A DNA stretch of 32,665 nt from a virus (Duplodnaviria > Caudoviricetes). Below, in pieces: positions 1 through 9,148 of the stretch. The position numbers and the translations under genes were made by a program. Location: IMG/VR virus record IMGVR_UViG_3300012231_000033, positions 1 through 32,665 of that record; one strand, 5' to 3'. The notes under the pieces were generated by a model. The model was not told where the DNA came from, did no database searches, and was given only the letters and a program-made list of their open reading frames with translations. Position 1 is the stretch's first letter; every line of letters starts with the position of its first letter.

Positions 1-223
1 CCCCGTTCGAATTCCGCCGGGCGGGAGGGTTCCCGTCCGTAGCCGCCCCGGCCGCTATTGGTATGGGCCTCGGGCCCGTAATTGGGAAGAGCGAGCATGG
101 TCCTAATTCCGGAATTACCGATGGTCAGTCCACTTTCGAATTACAGGACCGTCAGTTGGCGGCCTTGGACGCGATTGGTGTCTAACCCTTTCCTGGATAC
201 AGCGGCGGCTTGCTTCCATTGAG

Positions 224-469
224 ACGGGTACTTCGGGGGGATCGGGGGGCATTTCTCCATTCCGCGCTCCAAAGGGCGTCCACTTGTTATAGTTTAACAT
301 GTGGAGAGCAGTCCTTGTAATAAACCTAACCACCCCCCCGAAGTCCCCGAAGCACCCGTGGAACTTCAAAAACCCAGCAAATGTGCTTCATTTGAAAGAA
401 CCTCATGATCACCCGTGTCCCCCCGTAGCTCCCCGTGCGACGGGTGGATACGGGTGGATACGGGTGATC
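224..469. promoter_or_regulatory. Candidate replication origin (inverted iteron arrays with AT-rich spacers)
   Basis: Imperfect inverted repeat 224-250/333-359; palindromic array 407-469 with 10-bp-period units (CCCGT x3, ACGGGTG x3); AT-rich patches near 285-330 and 361-400; directly downstream of the helicase stop. Confidence 0.6.
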
Positions 470-470
470 T

Positions 471-1949
471 TCAAAAGGGACCGTCAGCAGGCCGCCACCC
501 ATCATCAACCAACTTCAACCCGCGCCATCCCATGCGCGTCTTCTTGCCGCCTCGCTCCAGGTCACGAGCTTTCGGACGTCCAAACCGGTCGCCGATGAGG
601 TTGGCGATCTTGCCGAGGAAATCCCGGTCCGAACCAGGCTGCCACCCACGGGCGGAACAAAACGAGTAGAAGGCCTCGAGGAGTTCCTCGCTGGTGACAT
701 CTTCATCCTGATCCGCGACCAGGCACCGCTGAACAAACACCTCGGCGGCTTCGGATCGCATGACGAGCTGGTTGATCCGATCTTGCTGGGCATCGGTCAT
801 GACCAGGTCGCCGTACGTTTCGATCTCCTTGAGAGCTTTTTGCAGCCCATCGAGGAGCCAATTGACGATGCCAGGGCCCTCCTGCTTCAGGAGCACGACG
901 TCGAAGCCGGGGATCTTCTTGCGCTTCTCAGGGGTGCGACAATCGAAGATGAGAAGCCGGCGGGCCCACGCCGCGCCATCCCCTTGGGAGTGGTAGGTGA
1001 GCTTGCAGTTGGTCGCGATCAGGACGTGGAAGGGACCGCGCAACGGCCGACGATCGGAACGGCCCTTGGCCTCGGGATGGTACAGATCAGTAGAGCAAAG
1101 CCCCTTCAGCGTCTGGGCCCCGACCGAGTTGAGGAAGGTGGCGCCGACGTCCACGCCGAGGAGCAGCTGGCGGCCGCGGAAGGCCTCGAGCTCGAATTGC
1201 TTGTCCAGGTGCTCGGTACGGAGTTGGCAACAACGACCCTCCCCGAGGAGTGCGACCATGATGTTGACCAGCGTCGTTTTGCCGGCTGCCGAATCGCCCT
1301 CGAGGATGCCCATTCGGTTCATGAGGTTCATCCCGATGAGGACCAGCCCCAGGTAACGCTGAAGGAGATCAACGTCCTCCTCGAGGAGCATGGGTTTCAG
1401 GAACTCTTTCAGGAACCGCGGGCAGGTGGCCTTTCGGTCGTAGGAGACGTTGGCCTTGTGGCATAGGAGGTACCGGGGATCAAACTTCCGGAAGTGCACC
1501 TTGCCATCCACGAGTTCAACCACGCCGTCGTTGAGTGCCAGGATGGGCTTTTTATGATGGAACGGATCGCGAACCTCGCTTACCGACCGAAGGATGGTGC
1601 GCACCGTATCCCGACTGTGGAGGGTTCGGAATTCGTTGAGCTCTGGCCGGGACAATTCTCGGGAGGCACGGAGCAATCGCAGGGAGACATTGAGCGCCAC
1701 TCGGAACTTCGATTCTGGGAGGTAGATCCCCTCGAGTTCGTCCCATTGGTAGAACCGTTCCTCTTCCGGGTCATGCAGGAGGTGAGCCTCGGCGTGGATC
1801 AGGCCAGCCCACCAATCGGGATTGATCCTGACAACCAGGCCTTTGTCGTTGAGGTCCCAAGGTTCGCCATAGAGCCGCGTCAATCGTTCCACCATTTCCG
1901 TTGGAGCCAGGGATTGGAGGTCCTCTTCGACGCGGCGTTTGAGTTTCAT
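471..1949 (-). CDS. D5/P4-family SF3 DNA helicase (primase-associated)
   Basis: Walker A GDSAAGKTT, motif C LIATN, AWARRLLIF, upstream D5_N-like segment (ATCPRFLKEFL), C-terminal winged-helix-like region. Confidence 0.85.
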   Translation of the reverse strand: MKLKRRVEEDLQSLAPTEMVERLTRLYGEPWDLNDKGLVVRINPDWWAGLIHAEAHLLHDPEEERFYQWDELEGIYLPESKFRVALNVSLRLLRASRELSRPELNEFRTLHSRDTVRTILRSVSEVRDPFHHKKPILALNDGVVELVDGKVHFRKFDPRYLLCHKANVSYDRKATCPRFLKEFLKPMLLEEDVDLLQRYLGLVLIGMNLMNRMGILEGDSAAGKTTLVNIMVALLGEGRCCQLRTEHLDKQFELEAFRGRQLLLGVDVGATFLNSVGAQTLKGLCSTDLYHPEAKGRSDRRPLRGPFHVLIATNCKLTYHSQGDGAAWARRLLIFDCRTPEKRKKIPGFDVVLLKQEGPGIVNWLLDGLQKALKEIETYGDLVMTDAQQDRINQLVMRSEAAEVFVQRCLVADQDEDVTSEELLEAFYSFCSARGWQPGSDRDFLGKIANLIGDRFGRPKARDLERGGKKTRMGWRGLKLVDDGWRPADGPF

Positions 1950-2815
1950 GGGGCGATGTAAATGAGGGTCGGGATTCGTTGGGTGTCGGCCCGCGGCCAG
2001 CCGGGAAGTCGACAGGGTTGGGCAGGATTGAAAAGAGCGGGATCAGCGCCCACCTCCGGCAGAAAGCTCTTGAGCCGGGCGAGTCGGCCAGGAGGTGGGG
2101 AATCAAACCATCCATGCAAGGAGCGGCCAGCCGTGTCGACCACGGCGCGCAGTCGGAGCCCGTACTCGATCAAGTGGCGGAAGAGTGCCCCCTGCTGGTC
2201 GTGGGGCAGTTGGTCCGATTCGACGACCAGAAAGCGGCGGGCCACAACGGTACGCTGGGCACGGGTGACAACACCCGGGCGAAAGGTGCACGGGCAGATC
2301 CGCGGGCCCGCCAGAACGCCGGCGGCGAGCCAGGCGGCCGCCCGCCGGAAATGGCGGCCATGGCGCCAGTGGCCGGATTCCCATTCCTCACCGATCCAAA
2401 CGACGTCTCGCGGTCGAAAGAGCTGCACCATGGCCATCGCCTGGGCTACGGGATCGCACGGAATCGGGCCAGGCGAGGCTTCGGCGATTTCCAGGGGTGA
2501 CCAGGGCTTCGAAAGGATCCGATCACGTGTGAGCCTCCCCGCGCGCGCCCAAGCGTCATCCCGCGTGCGTTCGAACCGGACGCGGCCGCGGATGGGGCCA
2601 GCGCCATCGCGGTCGCCGACGAGCTGCCAGATCAGGCGGCGATGGTCACGGTCCCCGGGATGGGCGGCGCAGGCGAAGGCGCCGTCAGGGAATACGCGGA
2701 GGTGCTGGCCGTGGGAATCGCCATCCGCCTGGGCGGCGCAGGCCGGGCACCGGGCGGTGGCGCCGCCATCCGAGGTCGGCTTGACCTTCTGAAGCCGTGC
2801 CAGGTCCAGCGGCAT
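1946..2815 (-). CDS. Primase: N-terminal Zn finger plus AEP/RepB-like catalytic domain
   Basis: ARCPAC...H...CAAH Zn-binding pattern; FLVVESD, DTAGRSLHGWF and RLPG motifs; 4-nt overlap with helicase gene. Confidence 0.7.
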   Translation of the reverse strand: MPLDLARLQKVKPTSDGGATARCPACAAQADGDSHGQHLRVFPDGAFACAAHPGDRDHRRLIWQLVGDRDGAGPIRGRVRFERTRDDAWARAGRLTRDRILSKPWSPLEIAEASPGPIPCDPVAQAMAMVQLFRPRDVVWIGEEWESGHWRHGRHFRRAAAWLAAGVLAGPRICPCTFRPGVVTRAQRTVVARRFLVVESDQLPHDQQGALFRHLIEYGLRLRAVVDTAGRSLHGWFDSPPPGRLARLKSFLPEVGADPALFNPAQPCRLPGWPRADTQRIPTLIYIAP

Positions 2816-3085
2816 TCATTCAGGAGGCGATGGGTGAACGGCAAAGAGCGGTAATGCGAGCTGGTTGACTTCAGGCAAGGCTGTAACCGCATTCGGGAAG
2901 AGCTCAGGATTATCCTCCGGATCAGCCAAGGGCAGGAATTTGATGGAACCGTCAGGTCTCTGAGCCCAGACCATCCAGCAATTCGCCAGTCGAATTCCGC
3001 GATCGCTAAACCTCCATCCATCGGCTTCGAGTTTCTTGACCTCGCGGAAGCCCAAACCGTTGAAGCCGCAGACTGGATCGTTCAT
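2816..3085 (-). CDS. Hypothetical protein
   Basis: 89-aa ORF abutting both neighbours in the operon. Confidence 0.55.
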   Translation of the reverse strand: MNDPVCGFNGLGFREVKKLEADGWRFSDRGIRLANCWMVWAQRPDGSIKFLPLADPEDNPELFPNAVTALPEVNQLALPLFAVHPSPPE

Positions 3086-3498
3086 CGGATAGGTGACCTC
3101 GCGCGAGGCGGAATCTCAAAGAATCCGAGCATTCCCTTGCATGGGCGAAACGGGAGCGGCCGCGGATCGCACAGGACAAAGCCGTAGGGACCCTCGAACC
3201 ACGGCGACGAGGAACAATCCACACACTGAACGATTTCCACTTCACCAACGATTCCGCCGCGTTCCAACTCGGCGAACGCGGGCAACTGAATCGACCGCTT
3301 TGTGAATGGCTCAATCTCGAATCTCAAGTAGTCGTCACGGACGTTCTCATATTCCTGGGGAGTCATCCCCTTCGCGGCGTGGATATACACGCGGCCGCGT
3401 TGACGGGTGGGCCACCTTCGATTCTCGACGTCCTTCCCGCCATGGAGAATGAGCCACGCCCACGGCTGGCGGATGCTCAAGGCGAGATCAGATCTCAT
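3082..3498 (-). CDS. ASCH domain protein
   Basis: ALSIRQPWAWLILHGGKDVENRRW and GIVGEV, PCKGMLGFF motifs; start moved to ATG at 3498 overlapping the upstream stop. Confidence 0.9.
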   Translation of the reverse strand: MRSDLALSIRQPWAWLILHGGKDVENRRWPTRQRGRVYIHAAKGMTPQEYENVRDDYLRFEIEPFTKRSIQLPAFAELERGGIVGEVEIVQCVDCSSSPWFEGPYGFVLCDPRPLPFRPCKGMLGFFEIPPRARSPIR

Positions 3499-3731
3499 AG
3501 TTGTCCCCCGATGTCGTCTTGCTCCCGGCAATTGGAGCAACCCAGGCATTCAGCTTCCCCATGCCAGTGACAGACACAAAGGTCCCCACCGCAACGGCAA
3601 TAGATTGTGCCGGAGCCTTCACACCACCTGGGCAGGGGCGCGTAGTAGGGATTCTTAACCCCGCACCAGCAGCGGTCAGGCGCCGGGATTTCTTCGCGCT
3701 GTTCGGGTTCGGCGGGGTTCATGATCTTCAC
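3495..3731 (-). CDS. Small Cys-rich putative Zn-binding protein
   Basis: CWC, C, CRC, CVC, CLGC, C pattern in 78 aa; 4-nt overlaps on both sides. Confidence 0.6.
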   Translation of the reverse strand: MKIMNPAEPEQREEIPAPDRCWCGVKNPYYAPLPRWCEGSGTIYCRCGGDLCVCHWHGEAECLGCSNCREQDDIGGQL

Positions 3732-3928
3732 AGTTCCTCTTTTTCAACGAGCCAGTCCTCGACGTCGACAAGGCAGGTCGGCCATTCACCCGAATTCGAT
3801 CGGTCCCGACTGATATGGCGTATCTGGGAACGTGGAACCCAGACGGTTCGGCCACCATCACCTTTGGGCAGCGTTGAGAATTCGATGGCCCGTTCCGTCG
3901 AACTGATTTCCCAAAGTTTGACGTTCAT
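3728..3928 (-). CDS. Hypothetical phage protein
   Basis: 66 aa with TERAI..WVPRSQI..VEDWL pattern seen in small phage proteins; operon-packed. Confidence 0.65.
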   Translation of the reverse strand: MNVKLWEISSTERAIEFSTLPKGDGGRTVWVPRSQIRHISRDRSNSGEWPTCLVDVEDWLVEKEEL

Positions 3929-3931
3929 GAA

Positions 3932-5335
3932 TCAGTAATCGAACTGCGGTTGAGGGACGGCAGCCTCGGCGACCACGGCCGCGCCGGCCGGCACTGGTTC
4001 CGGTTCTGGTACCGCCTTGGGAAGGAACGATTCCACCGGCGCCTTCCACGGCTGCAACCGCCGGTAAAACGCGATCGCGTGCGGCGAGACGAAGATCCCC
4101 CGCGGCCATTCCTTGAGGCTCAGTCCATCGAGAGTCCGCACTCGCGAGAGTGCGACGTAGGCCTGGCCTGGTTCCCGCGCCGCGCGGATATCGACGTGGG
4201 CACGATCGAGGGTGAGCCCCTGGCATTTGTGGATTGTCATCGCGTAGGCCAGGCGGAGCGGGAACTGGGTGAAGGCCGGCCCGCCGCGGTCAGGCTTGTG
4301 ATGACTCCAGGACCAGGTGTGGGGCCGCACGATCGCCAGGCGGCCGTCCAGCTGCAGGCGGACACCAACATACCCCTCCCCGATGTTCTCGACGTGTCCG
4401 AGCTGACCATTGACTACGACGTCCCGGTTCCCGTCGTCGAAGTCCGTCATCTTGTTAACCAGGTTCATCACCAGGGCGCCTGGTTTCAGATTCAGGATCT
4501 CCGGCGCCAGGATGTTTTTGCAGAGGGACTCCAGTCCGGTCGGCGAACCTTCCTTGACGGCCTCGAGGCTCACCGTTTCACCAGGGATGTCCTCGAGCAT
4601 GTAGTCGCACCATCGGTCCACCTGGGAGTTGTGGGTGTAGAGCCGCGGGCAATCGCGCTCTGGATTCTCAACGACGCGAGGCATGAGGACCCGGGCAGGA
4701 CGGCCGCTGAGCTTGCCTTCGCGGACTCCATGCAGGGCCGCGGTGAAATGCTCTTCCTCCTGCCGGTGCACCTTTTCGAGCAGGATCGTGGCGTCGATCG
4801 ATTCCTTCCATGACTTGGAATGGAAAGCCCAATCGTAGGGGCCCTCTCCTTTCCGCACCGGCGGCAGCTGCAGGAAGTCCCCGACGAAAATGAACTGAGC
4901 GCCACCGAATGGACGCTGGTCCTGCCGGAGATGGCGGAACCAATGATCGATGAAATCGAGCTGCCGGCCCGGGATCATCGAGACTTCGTCCAGGATCACC
5001 GTCCCGATTTTGCGAACCCGCTGCCGTGCCAATTGCGCGGAGAGGAAGCCGCGCGCCTCAAGGCGATCGGTGGCCTCATCGAAGGTTTCATCATGGCCGG
5101 CGCCAAGCTCGATGCCGGCAAAGCGGTGAATGGTGGTCCCGCCAATGTTCAGGGCGGCGATTCCGGTTGAAGCGGTGACGGCGATTGCCTGGTTGATGAC
5201 GCCGGCCTCCTCGAGGTACCGACGCAGGAGGGTGGATTTGCCCGTGCCGGCCGAGCCGGTGAGAAAGACGTTCTTTCCCCCCAACGACCAGGCGAGAAAA
5301 CGCTGCTCCGGTGTGATCTCAGGGACCAGTTCCAT
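3932..5335 (-). CDS. Pif1/RecD-like SF1B DNA helicase
   Basis: FLTGSAGTGKS, LDEVSM, PFGGAQFIFVGDFLQLPPV, QFPLRLAYAMTIHKCQGLTL, GQAYVALSR. Confidence 0.93.
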   Translation of the reverse strand: MELVPEITPEQRFLAWSLGGKNVFLTGSAGTGKSTLLRRYLEEAGVINQAIAVTASTGIAALNIGGTTIHRFAGIELGAGHDETFDEATDRLEARGFLSAQLARQRVRKIGTVILDEVSMIPGRQLDFIDHWFRHLRQDQRPFGGAQFIFVGDFLQLPPVRKGEGPYDWAFHSKSWKESIDATILLEKVHRQEEEHFTAALHGVREGKLSGRPARVLMPRVVENPERDCPRLYTHNSQVDRWCDYMLEDIPGETVSLEAVKEGSPTGLESLCKNILAPEILNLKPGALVMNLVNKMTDFDDGNRDVVVNGQLGHVENIGEGYVGVRLQLDGRLAIVRPHTWSWSHHKPDRGGPAFTQFPLRLAYAMTIHKCQGLTLDRAHVDIRAAREPGQAYVALSRVRTLDGLSLKEWPRGIFVSPHAIAFYRRLQPWKAPVESFLPKAVPEPEPVPAGAAVVAEAAVPQPQFDY

Positions 5336-5350
5336 GGGAGGCCCGGACGA

Positions 5351-6145
5351 TCAATACGGAACGTCGTCTTCGTCTTCCGGGGGTTCCTCTTCCTCGCCGG
5401 CGAATTTCTTCCGGTATTTCTCGAGGGCCTCGGCCAGGCGACGATCGTCCGCCAGGGGCTTTTCGATCTTCGGGTAGACGTTGCCCAGCCAACCCTCAAT
5501 GAGCTTCTCGATCGCCTCCCGGGTGAGATCGCGCAGTTCGAGGCCCTTGTGTTTTCCGACGTGAACCTTGATGAGGCCGTGGTCGGTCGGGCCCTTTTTT
5601 ACCGAAGCCTGTTCAGCACGCCGGAATGTCGATTCCTTGGATGGCTTAGATTCACCGCCATCATCATCGCCGTCGTCGTCGTCTGACGAACGCTTGCGAC
5701 CCTTCTTGTCCTTGCGATCCTTCACCCTGATGTAATCGCCGGAGGCCTCCATCGTCTCACCCTTCCATGGGCGGCACAGGGCGATCTGATCGAACACCCG
5801 ACCATCATCGCTTTCCTCATGGACGATTGAGATCGAGACGTTCATCCCGACCAGTTCTTCGGTGTCGAATTCCTTTTGCTCCTGGGCGTTGAGATCCCTT
5901 CCCAGCATTTGCCGCAGGAATTTCCGGAAGCTGCCCTTCGGATGAAGGGTGGTGTTCATCGGGGCCGACCGGACGACGTACCGCTTGCCGTCCTCCATCT
6001 CCAACGGGATCTCGAACACGATTCGGAATTGTTCCTTCGGTCCATAGTCGGTGTCGCGCGTCACGGGTTCGGTGACGTCGACGCAAACCCCGACCCCCTG
6101 GTACTCAGGACAGGGTTCATAGTCTTTCTGGGCTTTGATCTTCAT
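5351..6145 (-). CDS. Putative single-stranded DNA-binding/replication protein
   Basis: Beta-rich N-terminus, charged linker, GKHKG motif, acidic tail ending EDEDDVPY; lies between nuclease and helicase genes. Confidence 0.5.
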   Translation of the reverse strand: MKIKAQKDYEPCPEYQGVGVCVDVTEPVTRDTDYGPKEQFRIVFEIPLEMEDGKRYVVRSAPMNTTLHPKGSFRKFLRQMLGRDLNAQEQKEFDTEELVGMNVSISIVHEESDDGRVFDQIALCRPWKGETMEASGDYIRVKDRKDKKGRKRSSDDDDGDDDGGESKPSKESTFRRAEQASVKKGPTDHGLIKVHVGKHKGLELRDLTREAIEKLIEGWLGNVYPKIEKPLADDRRLAEALEKYRKKFAGEEEEPPEDEDDVPY

Positions 6146-6518
6146 GGGTTTTGATGAGGTGCAGGAACTCTCTTTGACTGCGGATGACGTGAATGGTGTG
6201 GCCTAGCTTTCGGGCATGGGCCGCCCGGGCGAGTTGTTCGTCGCTGCACTTGCCGAGTGCAGTTTTGCACTCAATGAGAAGCAACCGTCCGCCTGGGATC
6301 AGGATCTGGAAATCCGGCTCACCCGTGGTCCGGCGCGAGCGGTGCGCCATCGAACCGTGGAAACAGAGCCAGCCTCTGGCCCGGACTTCCTCGAGGATGA
6401 AATAATGGAGCGAGGCTTCCCGGTCGTCCGGCCTCTTGTCGAAGCGGTCCAGGACGCGCTGGGTCCTCACGCCTCGCTCCAAAAAACGGGCAAGGTCGAA
6501 TGACGACCAGGTGGGCAT
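6117..6518 (-). CDS. VRR-NUC (PD-(D/E)xK) nuclease
   Basis: GEPDF...LLIECKT...SDEQ...HVIRS. Confidence 0.85.
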   Translation of the reverse strand: MPTWSSFDLARFLERGVRTQRVLDRFDKRPDDREASLHYFILEEVRARGWLCFHGSMAHRSRRTTGEPDFQILIPGGRLLLIECKTALGKCSDEQLARAAHARKLGHTIHVIRSQREFLHLIKTHEDQSPERL

Positions 6519-6874
6519 TACTCATCGATTGTTCGACCATTGTCCGGAAGGGCGCCGTTGGCTTCCGGCTGATTCATCCGGACGGCCGTCGCGGCGATCT
6601 CGAGAGCCATCTCGCCGGTTTCCTGTTCGACCGAGGAAACGATTCGCAGGATGCGCTCAGCCAGGCGGCCCGCTTCACGCTGGCGACGAAGATGGGCGAA
6701 CCGGTCGAGGAGATCAGCTTGGAGGATTGCAGGTCGCCGAGCCGTGGTGGTGGCGACAGGAGTGTTCGTGGTGGTGATGGCGGGAGCCTTGATGACGGGC
6801 ATGGGTTTTTCTGGTTGGAGGACGAGGCCGAGACTGGTCACTCTTCCTGCTGTTTCGTTGTTTGGTTGGGACAT
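6518..6874 (-). CDS. Hypothetical protein
   Basis: 118-aa ORF with 1-nt overlap to VRR-NUC gene. Confidence 0.55.
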   Translation of the reverse strand: MSQPNNETAGRVTSLGLVLQPEKPMPVIKAPAITTTNTPVATTTARRPAILQADLLDRFAHLRRQREAGRLAERILRIVSSVEQETGEMALEIAATAVRMNQPEANGALPDNGRTIDE

Positions 6875-7065
6875 TCTTCTTGATCCGGCTTCCTCTCCCC
6901 GGTTTCTGCCGATGGGGAGGAAGCCGTTTTGTTTGGCTCATCGGGGACCGGGCGGGGACCGCCGAACATCTGGCGATGAATGGCCCCGAGGATCCTCCTC
7001 TCCTTGCGGCTGGGGTCCTCGTAGGAGAACCGCGAATACCGGCGGCGGAACTTTGGCTTGTTCAT
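6838..7065 (-). CDS. Hypothetical basic protein
   Basis: ATG at 7065 (MNKPKFRRRY) just downstream of the long hairpin. Confidence 0.4.
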   Translation of the reverse strand: MNKPKFRRRYSRFSYEDPSRKERRILGAIHRQMFGGPRPVPDEPNKTASSPSAETGERKPDQEECPNQTTKQQEE

Positions 7066-7080
7066 TACGGACGGGAAAAA

Positions 7081-7193
7081 TTGCGTGCCCCACCGAGTTG
7101 CTTTCCATTTGTTCAAAGATCCCCGTTTTCCGGCACAAGCCGGGTGGGGACGCCCCTTTGAATTGAGAATGTTGGCGAGGCAGGGACACGCAA
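7081..7193 (-). ncRNA. Candidate structured RNA or attenuator (nested long hairpin)
   Basis: Nested complementary blocks 7081-7091/7183-7193, 7112-7118/7156-7162, 7120-7124/7146-7150, 7130-7134/7139-7143; T-run follows on the minus strand; intergenic. Confidence 0.5.
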
Positions 7194-7201
7194 AATGGGT
7201 T

Positions 7202-7399
7202 TCAGACCTTCGGCACACGCACGCCCCTGATGGCGTCCAGGACGCCAAAGGCGTAGAGGCAGATCAGCACCAAGGCCACGATGACGACGATGTTGATGAT
7301 CTGCTTCACCTTCGCGTCGATGGCGGTGACGTAGACGTTGAAGAGCCACAGCAGAAAGCCGAACAGGGCGAGGATCAGGAGGAGTTGAATCAGGCTCAT
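7202..7399 (-). CDS. Small two-TM membrane protein (Thivi_2564-like)
   Basis: Two hydrophobic helices joined by IDAKVKQIINIVV; family resemblance from memory. Confidence 0.7.
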   Translation of the reverse strand: MSLIQLLLILALFGFLLWLFNVYVTAIDAKVKQIINIVVIVALVLICLYAFGVLDAIRGVRVPKV

Positions 7400-7791
7400 G
7401 GCGTTTCTTTCGGTGGAATGCGGTCGGCCCCTGGATGACCAAGGCCGGTGTCATATCCGGTCTCGGCCGCGCTGTGATGCTCCGGGTGCGTAAACCCGGC
7501 TTCGGGGCCGACCGCAAAAGGGTTGAATGGCTTGCCGTCGGGGCCACGGCCACCGGGTGGAGGTGTCCCGCGCGTGTCGCGGTACCGGCGCTCACGCCAT
7601 GGGTGATGGGCTTTTGGTTTCTGCACCAGGTTCCCGTCGGTTCCCTTGGTCCAACGACCCAACTCCTCGCCGCTATTGCCGATGGAAACGATGGTGTCGA
7701 AGGCAACCGCGTATTGGCGGGCCGCGGACATGGTATTGAACCAACGGCCTAGTGCCTCGCCGGGATGAATTACATACACGCCGGTGGTCAT
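7396..7791 (-). CDS. Hypothetical protein
   Basis: 131-aa ORF tightly packed in the operon. Confidence 0.55.
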   Translation of the reverse strand: MTTGVYVIHPGEALGRWFNTMSAARQYAVAFDTIVSIGNSGEELGRWTKGTDGNLVQKPKAHHPWRERRYRDTRGTPPPGGRGPDGKPFNPFAVGPEAGFTHPEHHSAAETGYDTGLGHPGADRIPPKETP

Positions 7792-7793
7792 GG

Positions 7794-8147
7794 TCAGGCA
7801 ACGATAGGCTCTTGAACTTCCTCAGAGACTTTGGCCTGCGCCGTCTCCCCCAAGATGAATTCAACGTCGACCACGGCACCGGACTCGACCTCGTCGAAAT
7901 GATCGATGAGCCATTGGTGAGCGACTTGGCGCGTTCGATCGTTCCAGGCGTTGGGATCGTAATTTGAAGCGCAACGGACCCCTTCGATTGAAGCCAGAAG
8001 GACGTACTTCTCCTGGGCGCCTGGCGTCAGACCATAGCCGGCGCGGGCCAGCAAATACCGATCAGCCTTCGTTATCGGATCAAGCCGGGTTGCCAGCATC
8101 GGAAGGAAGGTTGCCTTGTCGCGGACTTCAATGGTCTTGGTGGTCAT
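7794..8147 (-). CDS. Hypothetical phage protein
   Basis: 117-aa ORF, globular composition (IEVRDKATFLP...VVDVEFILGE). Confidence 0.7.
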   Translation of the reverse strand: MTTKTIEVRDKATFLPMLATRLDPITKADRYLLARAGYGLTPGAQEKYVLLASIEGVRCASNYDPNAWNDRTRQVAHQWLIDHFDEVESGAVVDVEFILGETAQAKVSEEVQEPIVA

Positions 8148-8415
8148 TGTGAGGATGGGAATTCCGGGTTCTCACCGGCCGCCCGAGTCGCCAGCCGGTT
8201 AATGGTTGTGGCTTCTTCCAGTTGGTCTTGCCCGGCGGCCGAACGGCGGACATGAGCCGCACTCGCATCACCTTCGAGCCCGGGTGCCTTTCCAGAACGG
8301 CTTTGAGGAAAAATTCCGCCTGCTCATCGGAATCAAGCAGGTGCCGGTAGCAGTCGCCGTCGGGAAAGACAATGACCCACCAGTGGCCTCGGAATCGTGG
8401 AAGGTCCGCCTTCAT
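8128..8415 (-). CDS. Hypothetical protein
   Basis: 95-aa ORF, 4-nt overlap with upstream gene. Confidence 0.5.
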   Translation of the reverse strand: MKADLPRFRGHWWVIVFPDGDCYRHLLDSDEQAEFFLKAVLERHPGSKVMRVRLMSAVRPPGKTNWKKPQPLTGWRLGRPVRTRNSHPHNDHQDH

Positions 8416-8642
8416 TCCAGCGTCGCGACATAGCGGCCAACCACCACCGGGCAGCAGGATGCCTTGATCTCGCAGACGAGCTTGAAAGGCCGATCGCCGA
8501 GAATCTTTGCGGCAAGTCTCTTGGCCGCCACTGCCGGTGAACTGGTGCAGGCCGCGGTGACCTTGCTGCCACTGGCGGTAGCCCGATTGTCGTGCCCGCT
8601 CGATCGAACGTGGATGACGAGCGGCTTGTTCATTCCGGCCAC
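8412..8642 (-). CDS. Hypothetical protein
   Basis: 76-aa ORF in operon; start may be the second Met (MNKPL). Confidence 0.55.
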   Translation of the reverse strand: MAGMNKPLVIHVRSSGHDNRATASGSKVTAACTSSPAVAAKRLAAKILGDRPFKLVCEIKASCCPVVVGRYVATLE

Positions 8643-8932
8643 TCCACGGGTTCCTGTGGCAGCACGATCGGCGTCTGGCCGAAGGCTTCGAGTTGCGCGG
8701 CCGTCATCCAGGTGCCGCCGGTCAGGCGCATGTCGTCATCCGTCGCGCCAAGGACGGGAACCCATTGCTGCGATTTGTCGATGCACCCGTGCTCGCCGAC
8801 CAGGCCGTACAGGCACGATTCGCCGGCGAACTCCGAGGCCGGTTTGCCGTCGCGCAGGCGCACATACAGGTTGTCGTCGTTGTCGACCAGATGCTCGGGC
8901 CAGCCGGGCATGAAGGTTTTTTCGGGGATCAT
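8630..8932 (-). CDS. Hypothetical protein
   Basis: 100-aa acidic ORF, 4-nt overlap with upstream gene. Confidence 0.55.
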   Translation of the reverse strand: MIPEKTFMPGWPEHLVDNDDNLYVRLRDGKPASEFAGESCLYGLVGEHGCIDKSQQWVPVLGATDDDMRLTGGTWMTAAQLEAFGQTPIVLPQEPVEWPE

Positions 8933-9138
8933 CGTGAGTATCGCTGTTTGAGTTTCAGCAGTTCGCTCCTGCGGATCCGCTTCAGGCGGGGCCCGTAGAC
9001 GACGACCTTCAGAATTCTTTGTCGCGCCAGGGACCGAAGGCGCCAGTGCGTCATCGGCTCCCCAAACACCCGTGCGGCTTCCTCGAAGGTGTATTCGGGA
9101 TCATCCGTGAGCTTGTCTAGGGTTGTTCCAGATTCCAT
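8929..9138 (-). CDS. Excisionase-like (MerR-type HTH) DNA-binding protein
   Basis: YTFEEAARVFG...LRSLARQRIL...RIRRSEL; close to attP and integrase. Confidence 0.7.
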   Translation of the reverse strand: MESGTTLDKLTDDPEYTFEEAARVFGEPMTHWRLRSLARQRILKVVVYGPRLKRIRRSELLKLKQRYSR

Positions 9139-9148
9139 AGCAACGATC

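Noticed and set aside
1-98. Window as an exactly closed circle joining the ATG at 98 to the small terminase
   Set aside because: The frame would be open across the join, but there is no terminal repeat and the peptide lacks the expected HTH, so sequence is probably missing
407-469. CRISPR-like array
   Set aside because: Units are 10 bp, adjacent and inverted, with no unique spacers and no cas genes
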